Positions 51,144 to 61,176 are shown, counted from the stretch's first letter. The stretch is 64,000 nucleotides of DNA from an uncultured virus (IMG/VR IMGVR_UViG_3300028888_000117) (IMGVR_UViG_3300028888_000117), one strand, 5' to 3'. A program made the numbers and translations. The notes: generated from the letters alone by a model not told the origin.

Positions 51144-54100
51144 TTATTCTAATGTGTAAAATAAGCTCCATTGATACAATTGTTCTGGTCTTAATGATTG
51201 ATATATATTATAGAAGTGACCTCTAATTTCAATTGGATTCTGATTAATCTTTTGAACCTGTTCACTGCCAAATATATCAACAGAAACAACTCCTAATGGC
51301 AATATTAAGTAATATGTTCTCTTGTCTTCATTATTTATACCAAGTGGTATATTAAAGCCACTATAACACCAAACAACATATCCATGATCACTGTTTTCAA
51401 TAGTTTGACCAATATATCTCCAACCAACATTATCGTCTTCTTCTAATATAAATGGATTATTAGGATCTTCTTCATTAGCAGCAGTTATCATACTATTATC
51501 AATTAATGGATTAGTAAGACCAACCCACCAATAATATCCAAGATCTTCTTCTGGTGGAATTTCTGATTCAACAACAGCACCATATATTTCTGGAGCATCC
51601 CAAATTACTTCTACATCATCCCCATTATCATAATTATACTTATCAAATTTACACATTATTTGCAAAACATCTGTATCTAAAACATCTTCACTTGTTGCGG
51701 TTGTACAACATATCATATCAACAGTATCTGTAGAAGATATAACGCCATCAGTATTATCGAATTCTTTAGTAAGCTTATCATTAACAATCATAAAGAACAT
51801 TGGTGTTTTATATGATAATCCATAATATTTGATTGCAAATAATTTATTCTGTCCAACATTGATCTTAATCTTATTATATTTATCCATGTCAATATTGAAA
51901 GTATTCTTACATATTGTATTCAAACATACTGCGTAAACCGGTTTATTAACACCTGCAACTATATTTGATATCTTAAGAGGAATATTACTAAAATCAGTAT
52001 TTCTAATATCACCTATAATAGCAGTTGTCTTTTTAGTATCACTTAATGTAGATATCTTATCATATGTTATAATAGGATCAATACTTTTTCCAAATATCCA
52101 AGTTTTACCCATCTTATATTTGATATCATCAATAGTCTTTTCAATAACATAAGGTTGATTACCACCAAATTGTTCAGTAGTATTCATAAACAAATTTTTA
52201 AAGTCTATTGATAATTTATCATGTGTAATAAAATTGTCTCTATCAATTTCATTTATAAGTGAGTTTGATCCTAAGTTAATGTTCTTTTCTAATGTGCCAA
52301 GATGCAATGTAGATTTACTTGGGTCATCATATGAAGTACCCAAGAATGCGTAATATGGATTTCCTTGAGCATCTAATGATATAATGTTTAATCTATTAAG
52401 ATTGTTTGTATTTCTTAAGAATATTTCCTTAAAATCAAATGTTGGAACATTCGTATTAAATACATATTCATCATAGTTTTCTTCAGTATCTTTAATGGTC
52501 TTATATACTACATCAATAGGTCTTATTTCTTCATTTGGTACTAATATATTAGCAGCAACATCCCTAAGTTCATCAGAAATAATAATATTGTCATGATTAT
52601 CAATATTAATTTCTATTATTTCATTTTCTTGTAAAGCTTTTTGAAGTATTTCATTAACTTGAGTTGTTTCAGCAGACCTTGTTATTCTATTAATTTGATA
52701 TTTTGGATATAAAATATTTGTAGTCTTAATATTTGAAAAATCATTAATATACTTTTCAGTCTTTTCATTAATGACGGTATCACTAATATTCTTTAAATCA
52801 TCAGTATATTCAATAACTGCATTTAAATCATTAAAATATTTAAATGTATCTTCTGCTTCTTTATTAGGAGCATATTCATATGCAGACTTATTTTTAAATA
52901 TTCCCCAGTTTAATGAAACAGTACCTAATGTTTCTTGTGCTAATTTAGATATGTTTGCTCTAAGTATAATCATATCTTGTGAATTCATATTATACTTAGC
53001 ATTCGATAAAGCATTTGAAATATTTACTGTTGCTCCTAATGGTAAAGCATAATCAGTTCCATCTTCTTTTACTAATATGAATTGATATTGTTTCTTATCA
53101 TATCCATAATACCATAAAGTAATTATATTAGAACCAATATAATAGCTCTTATAAAGTTCATCATCTAAACATTCTAAATCACAAATATTAATAATTATAC
53201 TATTTTCTAATGCTGTTCTATTAAGATTATCAATGATTGGAACATAAGCATAACAGTATATTTTCTTATCATCTAAATGTTCAAATAATTTATTGTCTAC
53301 TAAGAATTTTTTACGTTCAAAACCAGATCTTAATATAACATTTTTATCTTTTACTGCATTAAGTAAAGAATAACTATCTAATTCATTATTTTTATTCTTT
53401 GAATATATAAGAACAATATTTGGATTACCTGCATCTTTACCTACAGCTCTTATCTTAGTATTTTCGCCGTTTATATTCCAATTTTCCTCATCATTAATAT
53501 AAGGCATTGTATATACTTCTTTAATATATACATTATTAATAATATCTTTAAGATAATAATTATATTCTACTTCAAACTTATATGATTTTAAGATATCTAT
53601 ATCTTTATAATCATAAATTAAATATCTATTATTAGAAAGATATGCCTCTCTGTCATACTTTTCTTCTAAGTTAGTTAATAAAACATATATGTCTGTTGAA
53701 TAATAAATGTTTAATTCATCATTACTGTTACAGATATAACTAATTACATAATTAATAGGAATATATAATCTACCGTTAGAATTATCACTATTTAATTCTT
53801 CATATAATTTACATAATATTCTTTCAAAAAATCTTACACGATTTTCTATGTAAAATTTTTCATTATAATATGCAAACATATTACGATACATTTCACTGAT
53901 ATCATCATTAAAGTTATATATTTCTTCTTCAATATTAACAAAATGATATTCATTCTTATAAAGACTTATTACATCTTCATAATTTTCTGAAACACAGAAA
54001 AATTCATTTTTATTAGAATCATATTCTAACTTTAATGTTGATTTATTAAAATAGTTTGTATTTTCAATGTTATTTATTATAATACTTATTGGTGAGTTAG

Positions 54101-54935
54101 AATCAAAATTATTAGTTTTATCAGGATTATAAGATGTGGTTCCTTCTAATACATCAATATCAATAAATTCTGGACGTAAGAATGCAAATCCCATGTCAGC
54201 AGAATTTTCATAATTTGAATACTGAAATAAATCTCTAAATGAATTCTTATATAAATCACCAAGAATATTTGCATTAAATATTTGAATATCCAAGTTAAAC
54301 TTATTTATATAAGTATTATTGTCTTCATCCTTATCCCTATAAAGTCTAAGTAAAATATAATAAGATGAATTATTATCACTATAAACATGATGAACTTTTG
54401 CAATATAAATTACTTTATTTGATGAAGTATCATATTTATAATATAAAAGAATTGCATTGTCTAAATCAGTATCATCATATCCAATAATCTTACCTACAGC
54501 AATTATAGTCAATATATTATTTTCATTTGATATGATTGTTCCTTTACAATATTTTTCAATTCCACTTATAGGAATTGTAAAACTAAATTCATTATCAAAA
54601 TATAATAAGTTATTTACTGATTTAGTAGTTAATGAATCGATAATCTTATCAGTATTGGTCTTTATATTATTTAGACCAAATATTGCTACAGGATCATCAT
54701 TTTCATCTTTCTTATAATCAATATATCCTATATAATCATTTAATGAATATTCATCTTCACTGCTATTTATTAAATCTAAAAAACTGAATGATCTATATGC
54801 AAGTCCATCTCCTTTTATACCCATTCTTTGACCTAGATTTGCTAATGCCTGAAGAATATATTCTTTTTGGGCTTTATTGAATATATCGGTACTTAAGTCT
54901 GTTTCTGACTGTAATAAATTTATATTTCTTTTCAT
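51144..54935 (-). CDS. large hypothetical protein, probable virion structural component
   Basis: 1263-aa open frame; Asn/Asp/Tyr-rich. Function inferred from size and composition only. Confidence 0.7.
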   Translation of the reverse strand: MKRNINLLQSETDLSTDIFNKAQKEYILQALANLGQRMGIKGDGLAYRSFSFLDLINSSEDEYSLNDYIGYIDYKKDENDDPVAIFGLNNIKTNTDKIIDSLTTKSVNNLLYFDNEFSFTIPISGIEKYCKGTIISNENNILTIIAVGKIIGYDDTDLDNAILLYYKYDTSSNKVIYIAKVHHVYSDNNSSYYILLRLYRDKDEDNNTYINKFNLDIQIFNANILGDLYKNSFRDLFQYSNYENSADMGFAFLRPEFIDIDVLEGTTSYNPDKTNNFDSNSPISIIINNIENTNYFNKSTLKLEYDSNKNEFFCVSENYEDVISLYKNEYHFVNIEEEIYNFNDDISEMYRNMFAYYNEKFYIENRVRFFERILCKLYEELNSDNSNGRLYIPINYVISYICNSNDELNIYYSTDIYVLLTNLEEKYDREAYLSNNRYLIYDYKDIDILKSYKFEVEYNYYLKDIINNVYIKEVYTMPYINDEENWNINGENTKIRAVGKDAGNPNIVLIYSKNKNNELDSYSLLNAVKDKNVILRSGFERKKFLVDNKLFEHLDDKKIYCYAYVPIIDNLNRTALENSIIINICDLECLDDELYKSYYIGSNIITLWYYGYDKKQYQFILVKEDGTDYALPLGATVNISNALSNAKYNMNSQDMIILRANISKLAQETLGTVSLNWGIFKNKSAYEYAPNKEAEDTFKYFNDLNAVIEYTDDLKNISDTVINEKTEKYINDFSNIKTTNILYPKYQINRITRSAETTQVNEILQKALQENEIIEINIDNHDNIIISDELRDVAANILVPNEEIRPIDVVYKTIKDTEENYDEYVFNTNVPTFDFKEIFLRNTNNLNRLNIISLDAQGNPYYAFLGTSYDDPSKSTLHLGTLEKNINLGSNSLINEIDRDNFITHDKLSIDFKNLFMNTTEQFGGNQPYVIEKTIDDIKYKMGKTWIFGKSIDPIITYDKISTLSDTKKTTAIIGDIRNTDFSNIPLKISNIVAGVNKPVYAVCLNTICKNTFNIDMDKYNKIKINVGQNKLFAIKYYGLSYKTPMFFMIVNDKLTKEFDNTDGVISSTDTVDMICCTTATSEDVLDTDVLQIMCKFDKYNYDNGDDVEVIWDAPEIYGAVVESEIPPEEDLGYYWWVGLTNPLIDNSMITAANEEDPNNPFILEEDDNVGWRYIGQTIENSDHGYVVWCYSGFNIPLGINNEDKRTYYLILPLGVVSVDIFGSEQVQKINQNPIEIRGHFYNIYQSLRPEQLYQWSLFYTLE

Positions 54936-54936
54936 T

Positions 54937-57900
54937 TTACTTTAATGTGAATTTATAGGATATCTTATATAATTTTTTAGTTTTTTCAGAATTCAATTTA
55001 TGTATATCTGATTGATAGCTAACAACATATTTATTAAATAAAAATAAAATAATATTAATATTTAACTGTTTTTTAGTTATTCTATTTACATATTTTTTAA
55101 ATAAATATAATGCTTTTTCTTCTGTTTCATATTCATTCACTAATTGGTCATAATCAATAATATCTTTTAATGAAATTATAAACTCTTCTTCTAAATTATA
55201 TAATGAATTATCATTAAAATGTTTATATTCATATTGATACACAAAATCGTGTTCTGTATCATTATTAATAACATCATCATATTTATTTACTACATACAAT
55301 GGGTTATACTTATATATGTTGACTGGAGTATTATACAAAATATTATATTTTTGCGTATCTGTATTATTTTCTTTATATATGTATTTGTTTTCCCAAACAT
55401 TTTCAATAATAGTTTTCTTTTGAATCAATGGTGTTATATAATTAAAATATCTTAATAACTTAATTCTACGTTCTTTCGTATATTTTATGATATCTTCATA
55501 TAAAGTATCTGTTTCAGATTTTTTAAGCATAACATATTTAGATTCATCATCAGGATTAATCTTACGAGTAACATAATTGATATTAATATCCATTTCATTA
55601 GGGAATACAATAACATTTTTAATATCTGTTACAAAGCTCTTAAATATATTAACTTTTAAGAATGGATTAATAATTCTAAATATTGATTTAATATAATCTG
55701 AACCATATAATGATTGAATATTTAATGGAGAACTATTACTTTCACCAGTCATTATATGCTTATTATTTATATACTTAAATGCTGTAGATACATCATATGA
55801 ATTATTGATGTTAAATGTATTATTAGTATTATCTAATAAAACATCTATAAAATAGAAACCGTATTTAGTACCATTTTCATCAGTTAATATATTAATGATA
55901 TTATCTTTACCTTTATGTACTTCATATTTATCACTTTCAAAATTATTATATGATAAGTGATTAATATTGTATATACTATATAATGTCAATCCCAATGAAG
56001 GTATATATGTTTCATGAAAATATTCATCATGTTCTTTAATCTTATTAATAACTTCAAATTTGTTTAAATCATTAATTTCTTCATAAGGTTCTTCACCAAG
56101 TTCAATTAATGCATTATTTAATGATTCTTGCGTTGATAATTCAAATACATATGAATCAACATTAATTTCTTTAAAATAGTTTTCATTATTTACATATGTA
56201 TCTATATAGATTTTATTATTATGAATCATACTATATATGACATCAACATCAACATCATTAATATATACATTATTGAATAATGGCATTAAGAAATCGTCTA
56301 ATTCATTAATACGTGTAGTTCTTGGTTTTTGAGTATCAACAAAATAATTTGAACCATCAGAAACTTCATTACCATTTGCAATAAATATGTTTGACTTACC
56401 AGTAATAGAATCTTTTCCAGTTTTTGATTTATAATAAGTTTCACCAAGAATTAATGATTCTCCAGAACGTACTGCTTCAAAATCTTTTTCATAGTATATT
56501 TTCCAAGTATCAGCATTTTCTTTATATTGACTTCTATAATATAAGTATAAATAACATCTATCATCATTAAGCATCATATTATATAAGTCATTATTAAGTT
56601 GTATGAATTCTTTATAGAATACTAAATCAAGTTCAATCTTAAAATCATCATCCAAGAATATTTCAAATTTATCATTTACATTACGTTTCTTACTTATCAT
56701 ATTAATAAGTAAATTATTTGCAGTATCATATCCCCAATGATGCCTTATATGTAATAAATTTTCAACATAAGTTAATTCTCTTGTTTTATTATCAACAACA
56801 TTTTTAAAATATTCATATAATTGAATGTATCTATCTTTAATAGTTATTTTTTCATTTTTATCAATATACCATACTCTTTCCTTTACATATAAATTATCTA
56901 AAAGACTGAAATTAATATTATTAGTATCTATACCATCTTCACTAAATGCATTTTCTGCTTTTATTAATTGTTCGCAATATTTTGAAATGTGTGTTCTATC
57001 TATAAGACGTGCAAAGAATGATTTTCTAATATATCCATCATTTTTATCAGCTCTTAAATAAGGTATTTTATATTCTTTATCTTTATTATATAATTCAATG
57101 TATTTATTTAAATTATATGTATCTACATAAACATGATGGTCATCATTAACTTTATTCTTTACAAAGAAATTAAACATTCGTAATCCATCTTCATATTCAT
57201 AAGGACAGAAATTATATGTATCTAATTTTTCAATATCACCATATATACTTGGCAATAATGGCGCAGTATCCATATAAATATTTTTCTCATTATGATATAA
57301 AGAAACATCTAAACGTGTAACCTCGCCATTTATAATTGCATCATAATATAAAGAATTTAATGCATTATGTTTGAAAGTATTATATCTTTCTATAATAGCT
57401 TCTTCATTCAAATCATCATATTTTTCTAATGTCTTATTATTTGCATTAGTCAATATTTCATTTAATGTATCAGCTGTAACGAATTGACCTAATTTTAATT
57501 CTGGATGCCAAGAAGTTCTCCAAACAGATTTCTTAATTAATATTGAATTTAAGAAATATAAAAGATCTGCTTCATTAATAAAGTCATATTCTATATATAT
57601 TCTAAAATTATCATAATAATTAACATTATCTTTAATCTTAGAATATATTTCAGTTAAAGGTATCTTTTCATTATTATATGAAGATGCAATATACCAAGCA
57701 TTATCATTATACCAAGAATTTGCTATGAATTCATTCGTTTCTGTTATTGATCTATAATGTCTAACATTATCATTCGTATAATAAATGTTAAATAAATTAA
57801 TTGGTTTATATATATCTATCTTTTCATATCCATGTATTCTAAACTTATTAATTTCATTTTCAAGATCTAATACATTATACTTATTTTGTCCAATTTGATT

Positions 57901-59868
57901 AATTATTATTCTTTTAATTTCTTTAAGATTATAATACTTATTTTCATTATAATAATTATTTATAAGTACATATGAACCATATTTGTCTCTTTTCATTTTT
58001 TCATTATAAAGTAAATATGATACATATGATGAACTAGATTTATATAAATTAGACTTATATGATATTTCTTTATGCGTAATATCTCCTGGTGTAAAACTTG
58101 TATAAAGACTATCATTTTGAATACGTGGCAAATATGCATTAATATCTTTCACACCATAAAATGTATTACCATTATAATTAAATTCTAATCTATATCTTTG
58201 AGGCCACTTAGATAATTCTGAATCAATCTGGAGAACACCATTAATATCAAAAGTATAAGTTATGTCTTTACATATGTTAGAATCAAAAGTAAATTGATCA
58301 ATTACGATACTATTTTTTTGCTTTTCATTTGTCAATACATATTTTGCTCCTAATATATCATTAATAGCTGTGTCATTATCTATATAACTCATATTGATAT
58401 TAAGGAATACACCAAATCTATCAATATTTTCTCCAATGATATCTTTTGAAGTCTTATATAATACTCCTCTAAAATATGAATATTCATTATCTACGGTTGA
58501 CCATAATGTAGAATCTTTAAACATATCACTGTCATCATAGTATATATTATACCATGTTGAATAGAAGTTTGACATTAATTTTACATACTTATCAATATTA
58601 GACTTATTTGAATCATATTCATTTATTTTAGATTCTCCAATAGGAAGATACATATTTTCATTCTTAACGACTGCTTTAGGAAATATGTCTTTAAACATTG
58701 TTGGAAATTCTCCATACTTCTTATTTGGTGTTTCTAATTCAGAAAATGCATAACTCATATTAGTTATATAAGGAGTATCATCTGATGAATTCGCTAACTT
58801 AAATCTACAATATGTTGGAGTTATCTTATTAGTAAATCTATACTTCGCATATTTAGATTCATTAAGTGATGGATAACCAACATTCATTATATTGATTTTA
58901 TTATCATTAGAATCATATCCGAAGTCTTGTTTGTATTCACCAGTTTCTTCATCATATTTTAAATACTTTTCATATAAGTCTGTATAGTCTATTGAAAAGT
59001 CATAGAAATCTTGACGGATATTTTCTTTATCATAATAATATCCTGTTATGTTTAATTTCCAAAACGAGAAGAATTTCTTTTCATGATAATTAAATATGTC
59101 ATTAATATTTATTAAGAAACTTAAAGGTATGATCTGACGCATGATTAAACCATTTCGTTCAAAACCATTGCATATCATATAATCAAAATTATTTATAGTA
59201 TTCTGATTATTATATAAGTTTCCAAATACATTATCAACATATTTTACTAAACCACCCTTCTTTACATCAATTCCAAAATATGCAGCTTGTTTAGATTCTG
59301 GTAAGCAGAATATAACTCTATTGTCTATATGTTTAACATATTTCTTTAAATATGATCTTAAATAATTTGATGTATTTTCTTTATCAATATATATTTTAAC
59401 ATGCTTAACAAGATTATCGTTCAATCTAATATTAAGCATAAAATATTCTGGTAAATCGTCAACATCATCAATATAGAATGGAGCATAAAAACTAAATTGA
59501 TATTCTTGTTGCTTATAATACAATCTTTTGCATCCAAATTCATAATCTTTATTACGTCCATTATTTAATGATTTACTTTCATATTCATCTATCTCTGCGA
59601 AATTATTCTTATTGTATGAATAATTTGCTTTATAAAACATATTAGAATATACATTATAGAATTTTCTTACTACATATTCATGTTGATCTTTTACAAGGTT
59701 CAATTCAATGTTCTTTGTAAAAAGACTATTTTGCAAAGGCATGAGGCATCCTTCTCTTACATATGTTTCATATTCATTAGAAGTTATTTGATTGAAATCG
59801 TTTAATTTACATCCTATTGTAAAATTGCCACTTAATGATGGAATAGTTCTTAATAAAGATTTAAACAT
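54937..59868 (-). CDS. very large hypothetical protein, probable virion structural component
   Basis: 1643-aa open frame, coupled to the next gene. Function inferred only. Confidence 0.7.
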   Translation of the reverse strand: MFKSLLRTIPSLSGNFTIGCKLNDFNQITSNEYETYVREGCLMPLQNSLFTKNIELNLVKDQHEYVVRKFYNVYSNMFYKANYSYNKNNFAEIDEYESKSLNNGRNKDYEFGCKRLYYKQQEYQFSFYAPFYIDDVDDLPEYFMLNIRLNDNLVKHVKIYIDKENTSNYLRSYLKKYVKHIDNRVIFCLPESKQAAYFGIDVKKGGLVKYVDNVFGNLYNNQNTINNFDYMICNGFERNGLIMRQIIPLSFLININDIFNYHEKKFFSFWKLNITGYYYDKENIRQDFYDFSIDYTDLYEKYLKYDEETGEYKQDFGYDSNDNKINIMNVGYPSLNESKYAKYRFTNKITPTYCRFKLANSSDDTPYITNMSYAFSELETPNKKYGEFPTMFKDIFPKAVVKNENMYLPIGESKINEYDSNKSNIDKYVKLMSNFYSTWYNIYYDDSDMFKDSTLWSTVDNEYSYFRGVLYKTSKDIIGENIDRFGVFLNINMSYIDNDTAINDILGAKYVLTNEKQKNSIVIDQFTFDSNICKDITYTFDINGVLQIDSELSKWPQRYRLEFNYNGNTFYGVKDINAYLPRIQNDSLYTSFTPGDITHKEISYKSNLYKSSSSYVSYLLYNEKMKRDKYGSYVLINNYYNENKYYNLKEIKRIIINQIGQNKYNVLDLENEINKFRIHGYEKIDIYKPINLFNIYYTNDNVRHYRSITETNEFIANSWYNDNAWYIASSYNNEKIPLTEIYSKIKDNVNYYDNFRIYIEYDFINEADLLYFLNSILIKKSVWRTSWHPELKLGQFVTADTLNEILTNANNKTLEKYDDLNEEAIIERYNTFKHNALNSLYYDAIINGEVTRLDVSLYHNEKNIYMDTAPLLPSIYGDIEKLDTYNFCPYEYEDGLRMFNFFVKNKVNDDHHVYVDTYNLNKYIELYNKDKEYKIPYLRADKNDGYIRKSFFARLIDRTHISKYCEQLIKAENAFSEDGIDTNNINFSLLDNLYVKERVWYIDKNEKITIKDRYIQLYEYFKNVVDNKTRELTYVENLLHIRHHWGYDTANNLLINMISKKRNVNDKFEIFLDDDFKIELDLVFYKEFIQLNNDLYNMMLNDDRCYLYLYYRSQYKENADTWKIYYEKDFEAVRSGESLILGETYYKSKTGKDSITGKSNIFIANGNEVSDGSNYFVDTQKPRTTRINELDDFLMPLFNNVYINDVDVDVIYSMIHNNKIYIDTYVNNENYFKEINVDSYVFELSTQESLNNALIELGEEPYEEINDLNKFEVINKIKEHDEYFHETYIPSLGLTLYSIYNINHLSYNNFESDKYEVHKGKDNIINILTDENGTKYGFYFIDVLLDNTNNTFNINNSYDVSTAFKYINNKHIMTGESNSSPLNIQSLYGSDYIKSIFRIINPFLKVNIFKSFVTDIKNVIVFPNEMDININYVTRKINPDDESKYVMLKKSETDTLYEDIIKYTKERRIKLLRYFNYITPLIQKKTIIENVWENKYIYKENNTDTQKYNILYNTPVNIYKYNPLYVVNKYDDVINNDTEHDFVYQYEYKHFNDNSLYNLEEEFIISLKDIIDYDQLVNEYETEEKALYLFKKYVNRITKKQLNINIILFLFNKYVVSYQSDIHKLNSEKTKKLYKISYKFTLK

Positions 59869-60050
59869 TATTTATTGTATTGTTTTTATGTATTTTCTAT
59901 ATATAAATAAAAATAAATTTCTTAATTATATGGTTAAGAAAAAAATTTAGAAAAAAAATTGAATTTTTTTGACCATTTTACAATTTTATTATTATAATTA
60001 TTTAAATTTAGAAAACATTAGAAAATAATATTAAGTAAACAGAAATTATT

Positions 60051-60155
60051 ATGATGCAACTCAGTCAACATATTGAATTTATTTTTGGATCATCTTTTTC
60101 AGGTGAACCTTGTGGATTGGGTGTAAATAAAGTTTCTGGTTATACTGAAATATAA
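60051..60155 (+). CDS. 34-aa ORF, possible leader peptide upstream of the tRNA array
   Basis: ATG..TAA, MMQLSQHIEFIFGSSFSGEPCGLGVNKVSGYTEI; followed by a terminator. Confidence 0.4.
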   Translation: MMQLSQHIEFIFGSSFSGEPCGLGVNKVSGYTEI

Positions 60156-60190
60156 ATTTTGAATATACAGTACTTATAATATAAAGTAAG

Positions 60191-60228
60191 ATCTCCAGAA
60201 ACAAAATTCTGGAGATTGTTTGTTTTTT
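60191..60228 (+). terminator. intrinsic terminator
   Basis: ATCTCCAGAA/TTCTGGAGAT then TGTTTGTTTTTT. Confidence 0.7.
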
Positions 60229-60281
60229 ATAAAGCGTTATAAAAATTCTTTAAAAAATTCTTAAAAAAATTCTTAAAATAT

Positions 60282-60309
60282 TTGAAATTAATTTTTAAGT
60301 TACTATATT
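60282..60309 (+). promoter_or_regulatory. promoter motif preceding the tRNA array
   Basis: TTGAAA-N16-TATATT, 45 nt before the first tRNA. Confidence 0.65.
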
Positions 60310-60354
60310 ATTAATATAATATTTGAATACTAATATTATTTAAAATACAAACTT

Positions 60355-60426
60355 GGCCCGTTCGTCTATCGGTAAGGACTACAGGTTTTCAACCTGCCAA
60401 GAGGGGTCCGACTCCCCTACGGGCTA
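60355..60426 (+). tRNA. tRNA-Glu(TTC)
   Basis: GGCCCGT/ACGGGCT acceptor; CAGG-TT TTC AA-CCTG; T-arm AGGGG/CCCCT. Confidence 0.92.
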
Positions 60427-60462
60427 CTGAAACATAATTTGATTAAGTTCAATAATGTTAAA

Positions 60463-60474
60463 CGTTCTTTGACA
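60463..60474 (+). promoter_or_regulatory. boxA-like antitermination signal
   Basis: CGTTCTTTGACA resembles rrn boxA (TGCTCTTTAACA); sits near the 5' end of the RNA array. Confidence 0.45.
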
Positions 60475-60576
60475 TGTTGGTACAATTAAGATATTTATAA
60501 AGTTAAACGTTGCTGTGAAAGCAATGACTAATCAGTTTCCATTAAAGATTACTAATACTTTTGAGAGTGGATGTTC

Positions 60577-60669
60577 GGAGGTTTACCCAAGTTGGTGAAG
60601 GGGGCACACTGCTAACGTGCTAGGTCGGTGTAACCCATCGGCGCGGGGGTTCAAGTCCCTCAGCCTCCG
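60577..60669 (+). tRNA. tRNA-Ser(GCT)
   Basis: GGAGGTT/AGCCTCC acceptor, CT GCT AA loop, long variable arm, G73. Confidence 0.92.
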
Positions 60670-60672
60670 CTA

Positions 60673-60773
60673 AATATTCAAATATATCCGTAAGGAGTCA
60701 GAAGTTTAAATCTTTCCCTGGGTTTGAACTGCCTGGGTGGCAGAATGTTGAATGATTGCAATATTTGAATATT
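60673..60773 (+). ncRNA. unknown structured RNA cassette
   Basis: 13-bp closing stem AATATTCAAATAT/ATATTTGAATATT with internal hairpins. Confidence 0.5.
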
Positions 60774-60774
60774 A

Positions 60775-60897
60775 AAATAGATATATGTCTGTATCACTGG
60801 TGTGATTAATAATTTGAAGCGTGGTTCGAAACCGCAACTAGGATAGTTCAATTCTTGACTGGGCATGGGTGCAATATAATTATTCTTATATCTATTT
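60775..60897 (+). ncRNA. unknown structured RNA with T-loop-like hairpin
   Basis: 11-bp closing stem AAATAGATATA/TATATCTATTT; internal GGTTCGAAACC. Confidence 0.5.
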
Positions 60898-60902
60898 AAA
60901 TT

Positions 60903-60988
60903 GGAGAATGAACTGCGGCGGCCCGCAGGACTGTCTTGAAAACAGCTCGTTCGGTGAAACGGATTGGGATCGACACCTACTTTCTCCG
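60903..60988 (+). tRNA. tRNA-Ser(TGA) with 8/4 fold and Sec-like D arm
   Basis: 8-position acceptor, 4-bp T stem, 6-bp D stem with 4-nt loop, CT TGA AA loop, long variable arm, G73. Confidence 0.8.
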
Positions 60989-60993
60989 CAAAC

Positions 60994-61169
60994 AAATCTA
61001 CTAGTGTAGGATAGAGTTACTTCATAAGAAAGCTGATAACTTCTCAAAATTTTTCCAGTAAATGGAATACGGGTTCGAGTCCCGTCCATGGCATCGTGCC
61101 GCGGTGGTGAAATTGGTATACACGAAATTTTTATCTAATAATTACTTTATTCATTAATTCTGTAGATTT
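60994..61169 (+). ncRNA. AGAGTTACTTC scaffold RNA copy A with circularly permuted tRNA-Leu-like domain (Yrl/Y RNA-like)
   Basis: Outer stem AAATCTAC/GTAGATTT; inner GGATAGAGT/ACTTTATTC; cargo order V-arm, T-arm, looped acceptor, D-arm. Confidence 0.75.
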
Positions 61170-61176
61170 TATATTT

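Noticed and set aside
52771..57061. Short + strand ORFs opposite the two giant genes (and similar antisense ORFs elsewhere)
   Set aside because: Antisense shadows with Phe/Ile/Ser-biased composition and no independent signals.
1..59868. Alternative genetic code (TAG reassigned, as in Lak and some crAss-like phages)
   Set aside because: ORFs up to 1643 aa are uninterrupted in the standard code, conserved enzymes look full length, and no CTA suppressor tRNA is in the window.
60241..60278. Three AAAAATTCTT repeats before the tRNA promoter as operator sites
   Set aside because: Low-complexity AT sequence, indistinguishable from slippage.
60903..60988. tRNA-Sec or opal suppressor
   Set aside because: The anticodon is TGA (Ser), not TCA, the T stem is 4 bp rather than 5, and no sel genes are seen.
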